From: Methanobacteriota archaeon
GTDB taxonomy: Archaea > Thermoplasmatota > Thermoplasmata > RBG-16-68-12
Assembly (NCBI GenBank): GCA_947084985.1
Contig: CAMTUI010000023.1
Span: 25,724 to 89,723 of the forward strand
Direction of reading: 5' to 3'
DNA: 64,000 nucleotides
The notes under the pieces were generated by a model, which was not told the origin of the DNA, ran no database searches, and was given only the letters and a program-made list of their open reading frames with translations. Of this stretch, positions 18,184-27,383 are shown in pieces (positions within the stretch are counted from its first letter, which is position 1; each line of letters opens with the position of its first letter). Both the position numbers and the translations under genes were made by a program.

Positions 18184-19254
18184 CTACTCTTCGCGCTTCT
18201 TGCGCCGCCGGTTCGCGAAGACGATCGTCCCGATGACGAGGACCGCCATCGCGGCGAGCGTCCCGCCGTAAAGAAGGAAGTCCGCCTGCAGCAGGGGGGG
18301 ACGGCTCACGACGTCCTCGAAGGCCGCGCTGCGCACGCCGATCGTCGGATCGTGGACCAGCTGGACAACCGACTGACCGCCGGTTAGGTAAAACAGATAC
18401 AGATCGTACTCGCCCGCCTCGCTCCCGGAACCGGTCATCCAGTCCACCGGGATCCGGCTCCCATCCACGGTCGCAGTCTCCGCCCAAGAGAAGAACGCGA
18501 GCGAGGGCGCATTCGGTGGACCGCCCGTCACATTCATCGCGGCGTCGTCGACCGCGAAGCCGTGCAACTCGTCCCAGGTCACGTCGGAATACTCCACGTC
18601 CTCCCCGGTTTCCATCCGGAATTCGATTCCGATGTACGCACCGACTTGCATCGCGGGGCGGTTGATCTCGATGTCCACCTTGACCTCCATGGGGGTGAGA
18701 ATCCGATTCGCGGACAGGCGCATGAACCGCTCGGCGACTGTGAGGTTCAGGCTCACGAGCCCGGTCCGGCTCGTGACGTTCAGGTAGTGTACGCGGCCGC
18801 CATCCTCGTTTGGCATTTCGACATGGCTACTGTTCACGTCGCCGAACGCGGAGCTCCCGAGGGATTCGGATGGGACAATCTCTCCGTCGTCCACAAGACC
18901 ATTTCCGTTCTCGTCCAGCCACTGAACGAGGCTCTTTAGCTCGAGCGTGTAGGAGACACCGCCACCGCCGGGCTTCACGTAGTACACGTCGAACTTCCCG
19001 TCGGAGAAGGAGACTCCGAACTGGTCCTCGGAAGGTGCGCTCACTAGCCGGCTCGTGAAGCTCAGCCCACCTCGCTGGGCCACCGCGCTGACGACACGCT
19101 GCGTCGCGGTCTCGACCGCGTCGGGGACGGAGTCGTTGTCGGCGTCATGGGCCTGGGATTGCGCGACGCCGGACGCAAGGGCCAAGGCGAGGGCGCTGGA
19201 GAAGGCGAACGCCCAAATCGCGCGGCTGTGCCGGGTCACGGAGAACGTCCTCAC
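18184..19254 (-). CDS. Secreted surface protein with signal peptide and C-terminal TM anchor
   Basis: N-terminal AFAFSSALALALASGVAQSQA. C-terminal LAAMAVLVIGTIVFA then RRRKKREE. A BRE/TATA promoter lies about 30 nt upstream. Confidence 0.5.
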   Translation of the reverse strand: MRTFSVTRHSRAIWAFAFSSALALALASGVAQSQAHDADNDSVPDAVETATQRVVSAVAQRGGLSFTSRLVSAPSEDQFGVSFSDGKFDVYYVKPGGGGVSYTLELKSLVQWLDENGNGLVDDGEIVPSESLGSSAFGDVNSSHVEMPNEDGGRVHYLNVTSRTGLVSLNLTVAERFMRLSANRILTPMEVKVDIEINRPAMQVGAYIGIEFRMETGEDVEYSDVTWDELHGFAVDDAAMNVTGGPPNAPSLAFFSWAETATVDGSRIPVDWMTGSGSEAGEYDLYLFYLTGGQSVVQLVHDPTIGVRSAAFEDVVSRPPLLQADFLLYGGTLAAMAVLVIGTIVFANRRRKKREE

Positions 19255-19267
19255 GTCTCGGATGGAG

Positions 19268-19310
19268 GCGACGATATATATGGAGCTTATTTTACGGTTT
19301 TCGAAGCTTC
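19268..19310 (-). promoter_or_regulatory. BRE/TATA promoter (minus-strand CTTCGAAAACCGTAAAATAAG) about 30 nt upstream of the 18184..19254 gene
   Basis: CGAAAA purine-rich BRE followed by an AT-rich box at leaderless distance from the start at 19254. Confidence 0.45.
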
Positions 19311-19375
19311 ACGCCTGCCCCCTTGACGCTCATGCTGGCCGACCGCGAACAGCCATCCAACCTCCCGGCGCGGCA

Positions 19376-19597
19376 TCACTCGCGGACGACTTCCCCGAAC
19401 GCCATGCGCCGGTGGACCTTGGTAATTCGGATCTTCACTTCGTCCCCGATCTTCGTGCCGGGGACGAACACGACGAAGTTCTGAATCCGCGCGAGTCCGT
19501 CGCCCTCTCGTCCGATGTCCTCGATCTTGGCCTCGTAGACCTTCCCCTCCTCCACGGGCACATTCACAGGTCGCGGGCCACCCCCCGAATACGACAT
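19376..19597 (-). CDS. TRAM domain protein
   Basis: YEAKIEDIGREGDGLARIQNFVVFVPGTKIGDEVKIRITKV is the classic small archaeal TRAM pattern. Start taken at MSYSGGG. Confidence 0.7.
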   Translation of the reverse strand: MSYSGGGPRPVNVPVEEGKVYEAKIEDIGREGDGLARIQNFVVFVPGTKIGDEVKIRITKVHRRMAFGEVVRE

Positions 19598-19704
19598 CCG
19601 TCTCCCCATGCGGCGACCGTCGTCGCCGACGCGTTCGCATCGGTGTGTGCGGTATTTAACGATATAGGGGGTGGCCTCAGCGGCCACAAGAGGGCATGAA
19701 CGCC

Positions 19705-20163
19705 CTACGACTCCCGTAGCGCGCTGAGGTCCTTCTCGACGTCGGAAGGGCGCGCAAAGCGAAGGGAGAGGATTAGCAAGACGATTCCGACGATCAATAC
19801 GATCAAACCGACCGCCGTCACGAGACGATTCACCGGGCCGAAGACATCGAACGCCAGATACTCACCGAATGGGATGCTCAGGACGTCGTGAAGCCACGAG
19901 CCGAGGGCAATCCCGGGTCCGCCCAGGAGGATCAAGAAAATCCCGGCGTAGAAAAGGAACTTTTCACGGAATCCGGCGCGGCGCTCGGAAGCATCCTCGT
20001 CCTCCGCTTCCGAAGCGTCTTCGACCGGCGCCGTCGAGTGAACGGGCTCAGAGATGAGCTCTTGCTCGAAAAGCTCCCCGCACTGCGGGCATTCCGAGGC
20101 TTCGAGCGGCACGACCGCCTTGCAGGTCGGACATTCCGCCATGAGAGCCTGCGACTGAGCCAT
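19705..20163 (-). CDS. Zinc-ribbon membrane protein
   Basis: CPTCKAVVPLEASECPQCG zinc ribbon, acidic linker, then 3 TM helices. Confidence 0.5.
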   Translation of the reverse strand: MAQSQALMAECPTCKAVVPLEASECPQCGELFEQELISEPVHSTAPVEDASEAEDEDASERRAGFREKFLFYAGIFLILLGGPGIALGSWLHDVLSIPFGEYLAFDVFGPVNRLVTAVGLIVLIVGIVLLILSLRFARPSDVEKDLSALRES

Positions 20164-20330
20164 TTCGATGCGTCCCCGCTCCTGACGTTCGAGGGTATAG
20201 TCATTTGCTCCCGCCTATCCAAATTGAGAAACGGTAACTGGGAACGACGAGCGCCGCATCTAATCCGGCGGCTCTGACCATACAGGAAAAGCGGAAGGGC
20301 CCGGGCGCACGGACACCCGGGCGTGCGCTC

Positions 20331-20702
20331 TCAGCCCGCCTTGAAGGCCTCGGCAATCGCTTCGGAGACCGGCGGCCAGACGAGTAGAGTGGCCACGAGC
20401 ATGAGGACCATGAATACGCCGAACCACTTCTTCACGCTGACCTCGCGTCGCCGCAGGACGAGGTGGAGGACAACCCAGCTCCCGAACCAGCCCGCGAACA
20501 GGAAGACCTCCTTCCCGCTGTAGGGTCCGATCCCGGAGTTCAGGGTGATCGCTGCCTTGAAGCCCGTGTCGATCGCCGAGTAGATGTTCGCGAGCCCGAG
20601 GCTGAGCAGTCCGATCGCCGCCGCGAGGAGAGCTGCCATCGCTGCGCCCGTCGGAAACTTCAGAGCCGGAGGCTCTTGGTATGCCTCAGATACCGTGTTC
20701 AT
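20331..20702 (-). CDS. Membrane protein, unknown function
   Basis: 3-4 predicted TM helices. 4 nt downstream of the next membrane gene. Confidence 0.45.
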   Translation of the reverse strand: MNTVSEAYQEPPALKFPTGAAMAALLAAAIGLLSLGLANIYSAIDTGFKAAITLNSGIGPYSGKEVFLFAGWFGSWVVLHLVLRRREVSVKKWFGVFMVLMLVATLLVWPPVSEAIAEAFKAG

Positions 20703-20705
20703 CGC

Positions 20706-21335
20706 TCACACCCCCCGGAGCTTCGTGATGGCAGCCCCGAGGACGTACGCGAGGATCATGTAGACCCAGCCCAGTAGGACAGAGAGGGACGCCGCGGCCC
20801 GGAGCTCCTTGTGCTTGACGATCCCCGGTCCGTACCGCCAGAGGAGGAACGTGGCTGCGAGCATCATCGGCAAGGTGAAGAGCGCGATGAACTCCTTGAA
20901 CTCGAAGAAGATCTCGTGGATCTCGGGCAGCGTCCCCAGGAAGTAGCTTCGCGGTCCGCCGGCCGCGCGGTACGCGATGTAAATCCAGTTCCCGAAGGCA
21001 ATCGTCACGGCGGACATGACCGCCGAGAAAGCGGTGAGCCATTTCAGGTCCCGGAAGGCCGTGAGCTGGCCTGTGTACAACCGCCATGCGAGATACGTGG
21101 CGATCGTCGATCCCAAAAGGAAGACCGTTGCACCGAGTCCATGAAACGCACTGACAAAGTGCCACTGCGTGTCGCCGACGAGATCCGTGACGGGCGCCGT
21201 AATCGCAGCCACCAGACCAATGACCGCGATCGCGCCGACCGTGAGGATCAGCAACGTCGCCAGCGAAGGCTCCATCCGCCGAATGCGGTTGATGATGGGG
21301 ATTTCCATCCGCTTCTCCCTCGGCGGAGGGGACAT
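20706..21335 (-). CDS. Membrane protein, unknown function
   Basis: 5-6 predicted TM helices. A TATA-like element lies about 35 nt upstream of the 21335 start. Confidence 0.5.
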   Translation of the reverse strand: MSPPPREKRMEIPIINRIRRMEPSLATLLILTVGAIAVIGLVAAITAPVTDLVGDTQWHFVSAFHGLGATVFLLGSTIATYLAWRLYTGQLTAFRDLKWLTAFSAVMSAVTIAFGNWIYIAYRAAGGPRSYFLGTLPEIHEIFFEFKEFIALFTLPMMLAATFLLWRYGPGIVKHKELRAAASLSVLLGWVYMILAYVLGAAITKLRGV

Positions 21336-21425
21336 AGGCGTTCGTCTATGTACGTTCAGCCCTTAGTGTATATTCAGGGCTGCATATGCCATTGGTGTAC
21401 GCGGCCCCGCGAGGGCCGGAGGGCT

Positions 21426-21716
21426 TCACAGGGCCGGCCTCGGCTTCGCGAGCCAGGGCACGTGGACCTGGCCGACGAGATCGCGCCACTCCGCGGGCAT
21501 CGGTTGACCGGATTCGTCGCGCCGGTACCAGTCGGTCACCTGATCGACCTTGACGTCCCGGCCCGTGATCGTGATCATGAGGGCGTTTCGGACGTTCGCG
21601 GCGGCCTCCGCCGCAATCTGGTTCTCGAAGATCGCGGCATAGGGCGTCTGGGACATCCACCAGAGGACGAGGTAATACGTCTTCCGGGCGGGACTCCGGG
21701 GGCGTTTCGATTTCAT
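21426..21716 (-). CDS. Hypothetical protein (96 aa)
   Basis: ORF with genome-typical codon usage; no recognisable motif. Confidence 0.35.
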   Translation of the reverse strand: MKSKRPRSPARKTYYLVLWWMSQTPYAAIFENQIAAEAAANVRNALMITITGRDVKVDQVTDWYRRDESGQPMPAEWRDLVGQVHVPWLAKPRPAL

Positions 21717-21826
21717 CTCGGGTTGGAATCCTTTCGACGGGGGTGGGCCCGCCGACGGGATAGAAAGACGAGGTGGTGCGATAAAGCGCTTATTGGACGG
21801 TTCTCAATAACGATACGTAAGCGGCG

Positions 21827-22426
21827 TCAGTCCTCGAACCAGGCGCCGCAGGTGCATTGGACCGCATCGAGGGCCACGTGGGTGCCGCATCGCGGGCACG
21901 CGTACGCGACATTCTCCGCCCCGGGTTCGAACTCCACGCCGCACACCGGACAGGCGTCCTCCAGGATCGGCACAAGGGAGCCGCACTCCGGGCACGCGGA
22001 CGTGGCCGACGTCGAGGCCGCGAACCGCACACCGCAGGCGCACGACGTCGCCTCCTCGGAAACGAACCGGCCGCACGCGGGACACTGGAACAGCTCGATC
22101 GTCTCTTCTTGCACCGCCGGCGGTCGGGGGGCGATCTCCTCGGAGACGTCATGGATCTTCTGCAGGTCCGCGAGCAGCTCCGCAAGGCTCCGGGGTGGCG
22201 CAGGAGGTTCCGCCTTCGGCACCGGGATCGACCGGAACCCGGCGCGCCCGGAACCGTATGCGCCCCCCGTGCTCCCGGCGAACGCGGTGCCACAGTGCTG
22301 GCATCGATCGAGCTCGAACGGCGTGAGCTCCCGGCAGCTCCAGCATAGGATCCGGGGAGCGCCGTGTGCGCTCTCACGACCGTCCCGTGGAGGCGAACCC
22401 GAGCGATCGACCGTTTGCGTCACCAT
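21827..22426 (-). CDS. Multi-zinc-ribbon protein (4 tandem CxxC-x9-11-CxxC modules)
   Basis: ATG at 22426. Modules CWSCR..CQHCG, CPACG..CACG, CPECG..CPVCG, CPRCG..CTCG. The 1105-aa six-frame ORF extending upstream is antisense to metG. Confidence 0.6.
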   Translation of the reverse strand: MVTQTVDRSGSPPRDGRESAHGAPRILCWSCRELTPFELDRCQHCGTAFAGSTGGAYGSGRAGFRSIPVPKAEPPAPPRSLAELLADLQKIHDVSEEIAPRPPAVQEETIELFQCPACGRFVSEEATSCACGVRFAASTSATSACPECGSLVPILEDACPVCGVEFEPGAENVAYACPRCGTHVALDAVQCTCGAWFED

Positions 22427-22600
22427 GGAACCGGATCCCCGAGGGCCGGGGCGCATCACGGTCTGCGACCATAACAGATTAGTCAAGACTTGCATGCCGT
22501 GATAATCAAGTTCGAGTCCGGTCCGCGAGTGCGCTCGGCCGCGCCGCGCTCCCGCGGACCGCGAATGATTTAAGTGGCGGCCCTCCTTGGAGTCGCGGTC

Positions 22601-24736
22601 ATGGCGAAGATTCTCGTGTGCGTCGCGTGGCCTTACGCCTCCGGACCGAGGCACCTCGGCCACGCTGCCTCCACTTTCATCCCGGCGGACGTCGTCGCGC
22701 GCTACCACCGCATGACGGGGGACGATGTCCTCATGGTCGGTGGGAGCGACATGCACGGTACCCCGATGATGGTCCGAGCCGATGAGGAGGGCGTCACCGC
22801 GCGGGAGGTCGCGGAGCGGTACCACGCCCTTCACGCGAAGAACATCGAGCAGCTCGGGGTCCGGTACGACCTGTACTGGAACACGGCGGCGGACGACCAC
22901 AAGGCGTGGGTCCAGGAGATCTTCCTCACGCTGAGGTCGAAGGGCCACGTGTACGAAGCCACGATGACCGCGCCGTTCTGCACGACGGACAATCGCTTCC
23001 TGCCGGACCGGTACGTCGAGGGCACCTGCCCGAACTGCGGCTTTGAGCGGGCCCGCGGGGACCAGTGCGACAATTGCGGAAGGCTCTGGGACCCGTTCGA
23101 GTTGAAGGACCCGCGCTGCCGCATCCACGGCACGACGCCGATTCCGAAAGACACGAACCATTTCTTCTTTCGGCTGAGCGCGTTTGAGGAGCCGCTGAAG
23201 CGATGGCTTGCTTCGGGCAAGGAAGATTGGCGTCACCACGTCCTGACGTTCGCGCGGAGCTGGCTCGAGGAAGGCTTGAAGGACCGCCCGATCACGCGGG
23301 ACCTCGATTGGGGCGTGGAGGTGCCCGTCCCGGGCTACGAGTCGAAGCGCATCTACGTGTGGTTCGAGGCCGTGATGGGCTACCTGACCGCGACGAAGGA
23401 ATGGTTCAAGCTCCACGGCACGCCGGACGGCTGGAAGGATTTCTGGTATGAGCGCGAGGCGCGGCACTACTACTTCACCGGGAAGGACAACATCGTCTTC
23501 CACACGATCATCTGGCCCGCAATCCTCCTCGGATACGACGACAAGCTCGATTTGCCCTACGACGTGCCGGCGACGCAGTACCTGAACTTCTCCGGGGAAC
23601 GGATGAGCACGGGGCGCGGCCGCGGGGTCTGGCTGCCGGACCTCCTCGCGCAGTTCGATCCGGACCAGCTGCGCTACTACGCCCTCGCGACGATGCCGGA
23701 GACGAAGGACACCGACTTCAGCTGGGAGGACTTCGCCCAGCGGAACAACAGCGAGCTCCTGGCGATCTACGGGAACTTCGCGCACCGCGCGCTGACGTTC
23801 GCCGACAAGAACTTCGACCACAAGGTCCCGGCCGCGGGATTCCTCGACGCGACGGACAAAGCGATGGTCCGGTCGATCGAGCAACAGTGGACGAAGGTCG
23901 GGCAGAACCTCGAGTACGTGCACCTCAAAGACGCGACGCGGGAGGCGATCCAGCTCGCCCGCCTCGGGAACCAGTACTTCGACCAGAAGGCGCCCTGGGA
24001 TCTCATCAAGAAGGACCGCGCGGCCTGTGGGACCGCGATCCACGTCGCGCTCCGCGTGAGCCGCGCCCTCGCGATCCTCATGGCACCGTTCCTGCCGGCA
24101 AGCTCGGCGCGCCTCTGGTCCGCCCTCGGTTACGATTCCGACGTCCACACGATGCGCTGGGACGACGCGCTCGAGGACGTCCACGCGGGCCAGACGCTCC
24201 GCGTCGGGAAGCCTCTCTTCGCGAAGATCGAGTTCGAGGAGGCGAAGGAGGATCCGACCGAACGATTCGATGTCCGCGTCGCGCAGATCGTGGACATCAA
24301 GGAGCATCCGAATGCGGACAAGCTCTACGTCCTTCAGGTGGACCTGGGGGACGAGAGGCGGCAGATCGTCGCGGGGATCCGTGAGAACTACCGGATCGAC
24401 CAGCTGAGGGGCCGGAAAATCGCCCTCCTGGCGAACCTCGAGCCGGCGCGGCTGCGGGGGATCGAGAGCCGCGGGATGCTCCTCGCCGGGGAGGACGACA
24501 AGGATGTCGGCCTCGTCCTGCCTCCGGAGCATGCGCCCGTTGGCACTCAGGTCCTCGGCGTCAAGGGCGCCCCTCCGCTCCCCTTCTCGGAATTCCAGAA
24601 GTTCAGGCTGCAGGTCGGGGACGGAGGCGGCGTTCTGTTCCTCGGCAGGGACGGCGAGGTCCGCATCCCGCTCCGAGTGGGCGATTTCCCACTCCGCGTC
24701 GACAAGGGTCTCCCGGACGGCACGCGGGTCCACTGA
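22601..24736 (+). CDS. metG: Methionyl-tRNA synthetase with C-terminal tRNA-binding domain
   Basis: HLGHAAS (HIGH motif), CPNCG..CDNCG zinc knuckle, KMSTS-like ERMSTGRG, and a C-terminal Trbp111-like domain. Confidence 0.9.
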   Translation: MAKILVCVAWPYASGPRHLGHAASTFIPADVVARYHRMTGDDVLMVGGSDMHGTPMMVRADEEGVTAREVAERYHALHAKNIEQLGVRYDLYWNTAADDHKAWVQEIFLTLRSKGHVYEATMTAPFCTTDNRFLPDRYVEGTCPNCGFERARGDQCDNCGRLWDPFELKDPRCRIHGTTPIPKDTNHFFFRLSAFEEPLKRWLASGKEDWRHHVLTFARSWLEEGLKDRPITRDLDWGVEVPVPGYESKRIYVWFEAVMGYLTATKEWFKLHGTPDGWKDFWYEREARHYYFTGKDNIVFHTIIWPAILLGYDDKLDLPYDVPATQYLNFSGERMSTGRGRGVWLPDLLAQFDPDQLRYYALATMPETKDTDFSWEDFAQRNNSELLAIYGNFAHRALTFADKNFDHKVPAAGFLDATDKAMVRSIEQQWTKVGQNLEYVHLKDATREAIQLARLGNQYFDQKAPWDLIKKDRAACGTAIHVALRVSRALAILMAPFLPASSARLWSALGYDSDVHTMRWDDALEDVHAGQTLRVGKPLFAKIEFEEAKEDPTERFDVRVAQIVDIKEHPNADKLYVLQVDLGDERRQIVAGIRENYRIDQLRGRKIALLANLEPARLRGIESRGMLLAGEDDKDVGLVLPPEHAPVGTQVLGVKGAPPLPFSEFQKFRLQVGDGGGVLFLGRDGEVRIPLRVGDFPLRVDKGLPDGTRVH

Positions 24737-24771
24737 GACCGATGGCATGAACCGCGCGGAGGTCCGGGCAT

Positions 24772-25224
24772 TCACGCAGCGCCGGCGGCGGTCACCGCGA
24801 TCACCCATGCCTGTGCCCGGAGCGCGAGCCCAAGGGCGAGCTCCCTCTCGATCGGACGGAGCTCCGGGTCCACGTATGTGAGTCTCACGCCGCTCCAGGT
24901 GGTCTTGCCCTCCACGGCGGGTCGGACGTCGTCGACGATTCGCACACGACCCGCGAACGCGGACTCGATCCGGTACCTCCGACCGCGCCACGTGAAGGTC
25001 GTGTTCCTCCATCGGAAGCGGATCTCGAGCAGCCCGGCGGGCGAGTCGATGTGGATACGGTCCCGCATCGAGTCGTACCGCACGCGACCCGGAGGCACGC
25101 CGGACGGGCCCTCCACGAGGTGCCAGCCCCCGCGGCCCCGCCACACCGCGCTCGATGCGCCGTCCACGAGGACCCGATGGTGGAGCAACCCCACCCGCGC
25201 CTCGACGACCACGGACGGGCGCAT
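24772..25224 (-). CDS. Hypothetical protein (150 aa)
   Basis: Beta-rich sequence with hydrophobic C-terminus. Start MRPSVVVEAR at 25224. Fills the gap between metG and the PHP gene. Confidence 0.4.
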   Translation of the reverse strand: MRPSVVVEARVGLLHHRVLVDGASSAVWRGRGGWHLVEGPSGVPPGRVRYDSMRDRIHIDSPAGLLEIRFRWRNTTFTWRGRRYRIESAFAGRVRIVDDVRPAVEGKTTWSGVRLTYVDPELRPIERELALGLALRAQAWVIAVTAAGAA

Positions 25225-25306
25225 GTCGCCGCGGTCCGATAAAGACCGTGCGGGAATGCCCGGCCCCAAGGCTTTAAGCGACCCGTCCGGTTTGCGGCCC
25301 TCCTTC

Positions 25307-25969
25307 ATGCTCCTGGACCTCCACAACCATACGCGATACTCCCCGGATTCCCGTGTAGCCCCGCCGGACCTCGTCTCGCTCGCGCAGCGCATCGGCCTCC
25401 ACGGTCTCGCGATCACGGACCACAACTCCGTCGGGGGCATCGCGGAAGCAGAGGCCGCGGCGGGGCCAGATTTCCTCGTCATCCCGGCCGTCGAAATCTC
25501 CACCCGATCCGGACATGTCCTCGGCTATGGCGTCCGCGAGCTGATCCCGCGCGACGCGTCCGTGGCGGAAACGGTCGAGCGGATCGTGGCCGCCGGCGGC
25601 ATCGCGGTCGCCGCCCACCCGTACCGCTTCTGGTCCGGCCTCGGAGAGGCGGGCATCTCGGCGACGACCTTCCCGGCGTACGAGACCTGCAACGGACGCA
25701 CCCTGCGTCGAGGGAACGAACGTGCGCGTGCTCGCGCGCGTGCGCGGAAGGTCGGCGAAACGGGTGGGAGCGACAGCCATTTCCTCGATGAGGTCGCCAG
25801 GGCGGTGACCGCCGTGAACGCGGGATCCCTTCGCCTGGACGACGTCCTGCAGATGATCGGCCAAGGCAGGACGAAGGCGCAGGGGATCGATCGCGGCGCC
25901 ACCGCGACCCCACGCTACGTGACGAAATGCGTGGGCGAATGGATCCTGCGCGGGATGCGCAGGATCTGA
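25307..25969 (+). CDS. PHP-domain phosphoesterase
   Basis: LDLHNHTRYSPDS N-terminal PHP motif, plus AITDHN and GGSDSH. Confidence 0.75.
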   Translation: MLLDLHNHTRYSPDSRVAPPDLVSLAQRIGLHGLAITDHNSVGGIAEAEAAAGPDFLVIPAVEISTRSGHVLGYGVRELIPRDASVAETVERIVAAGGIAVAAHPYRFWSGLGEAGISATTFPAYETCNGRTLRRGNERARARARARKVGETGGSDSHFLDEVARAVTAVNAGSLRLDDVLQMIGQGRTKAQGIDRGATATPRYVTKCVGEWILRGMRRI

Positions 25970-26335
25970 CTACAGGTTCTCTTCGATCCGGCCGAGGAAC
26001 TTCTCGAGGGCGGGCTTCATCCGCGCGACGTCCGACGAGGCGGAGGTGCGGAACACGAGCAGAGCCTTCGGACCTGCGTGGACGATCACGATTTTGCTCG
26101 CCGGGGAGTTGATGACGACGTTGTCCAGGGGTTCCTTGAGCTCCGACGTGGCGTTCTCCGCCGCACCGAGCAGGATCGCGAACATCGCCGCGAAGGTCTC
26201 CACGTGGACCCCCTTCGGCACGGAGCCACCGATGTACGTGCCGTTCCGGGACACGAGAATCGAGTCCTGGACGCCCTCGCTGCGCTCGAACTCGTGGAGG
26301 ATCGCCTCGAGGGCGGTGACGTCGGCCATGGTCAT
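25970..26335 (-). CDS. Roadblock/LC7 domain protein (stand-alone, 121 aa)
   Basis: LVSRNGTYIGGSVP...KALLVFRTSAS roadblock pattern. Confidence 0.7.
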   Translation of the reverse strand: MTMADVTALEAILHEFERSEGVQDSILVSRNGTYIGGSVPKGVHVETFAAMFAILLGAAENATSELKEPLDNVVINSPASKIVIVHAGPKALLVFRTSASSDVARMKPALEKFLGRIEENL

Positions 26336-26412
26336 GCCTCGTGGGAGGGCTAGCCCGGATGGAAGCCTCTCGGGATTAAACCTTTCCGCTGTGAATTTCA
26401 GGCGGAGAATCG

Positions 26413-26820
26413 TCAGAGGCCACGGAGGAGTTCGTGCATTGCGAGAGCCGCATCGACCGCGTCACCGCCCTTGTCGACCCGTGCCATCGCCTGGTCGTCC
26501 GTCATCCCGGGTCCCGTGATCGCGAGGCCGACCGGCTTCCCGGTCCGCAGGCCGATCTCGATGAGGGCCTTCGGGACCGCGGCCATGAGCGCCTCATCGT
26601 GGAGGGTCTCCCCCTTGATCACGGCGCCGATCGCCACCGCGCCGTCGACGTCCGCACGGTCCAGAAGGCGGGACACGGCCCACGGGATCTCGAACGTGCC
26701 GGGCACCCGGACGACGGACGTCACGCGGATCCCGCGTTCCTTCGCCCGGGCAAGCGCCCGCTCGACCATGATGTCGGTCACCTCACGGTTGAAGTCCGCC
26801 GCGACGACGACGAGCCTCAC
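26413..26820 (-). CDS. ribH: 6,7-dimethyl-8-ribityllumazine synthase (GTG start)
   Basis: RLVVVAADFNREVTD...VPGTFEIP...GAVIKGETLHDE. The last gene of the riboflavin operon. Confidence 0.85.
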   Translation of the reverse strand: MRLVVVAADFNREVTDIMVERALARAKERGIRVTSVVRVPGTFEIPWAVSRLLDRADVDGAVAIGAVIKGETLHDEALMAAVPKALIEIGLRTGKPVGLAITGPGMTDDQAMARVDKGGDAVDAALAMHELLRGL

Positions 26821-27383
26821 GGGACCTTCACCCGCAGCGGCCCGGCGTCCGAGAATCCCTCCCGTTGACCCGTCCCCGCGCGGGCGCGGATCGCATGCGG
26901 ACGGAACAGGAGGTCGTACGCGTTGATCGCGTGTTCCCGCGTGCGCCGGTCGAAGAGCCACGCAAGCTGCGCCTCGTCTGCGGCCTCCTCCTCGTGGACC
27001 ATCACGCCCAGGATGTGCTTGCCGACCTGCGCCTGGACGAACTGCAGCCCGAAATCGGCCGCGAGGGCGCAGTCCTTGTCGACCTGCTGCCGTCCGACCA
27101 TGCCGAGGGCCAGCACGAGATCGCATCCCCGGTCGAAGAGGATCTTCGCGCCTGCGGCGAGGTCCTTGATCCCGGGGACCGTGTATCGCTCGACGAGGAA
27201 ACCGCCGCCCTGTTGCTGGAGTTCGTCGATCGCGGACGCCGCCATGTCGTACCGGGAGAAGGACGTGTCCACGATCCCGATGCGCTTCAGGCCCGCCGCT
27301 TTCGCTTTCGCGACGTTGCCCTTCCGTCTCCGCGCGGATTCGCGCGGGCGCCGCGTGCCGGCCCTTTTTGAAGAGCGAGCCAT
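26817..27383 (-). CDS. ribC: Archaeal-type riboflavin synthase (start uncertain)
   Basis: KRIGIVDTSFSRYDMAASAIDEL matches the N-terminus of archaeal riboflavin synthase. The only in-frame ATG gives a 33-aa basic N-extension that overlaps the ribL 3' end. Confidence 0.7.
   Translation of the reverse strand: MARSSKRAGTRRPRESARRRKGNVAKAKAAGLKRIGIVDTSFSRYDMAASAIDELQQQGGGFLVERYTVPGIKDLAAGAKILFDRGCDLVLALGMVGRQQVDKDCALAADFGLQFVQAQVGKHILGVMVHEEEAADEAQLAWLFDRRTREHAINAYDLLFRPHAIRARAGTGQREGFSDAGPLRVKVP

Noticed and set aside
22515-22545. T-loop-like AAGTTCGAGTCC between the zinc-ribbon gene and metG
   Set aside because: No acceptor, D or anticodon stems can be built around it. It is probably part of the divergent promoter or inverted-repeat region.
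21827-25144. 1105-aa six-frame ORF on the minus strand
   Set aside because: Most of it is antisense to the well-supported metG gene, and its translation is Arg/Pro/Gly-rich noise typical of high-GC antisense frames. Only the C-terminal 199 aa (21827..22426) were kept, as the zinc-ribbon protein with its own ATG.
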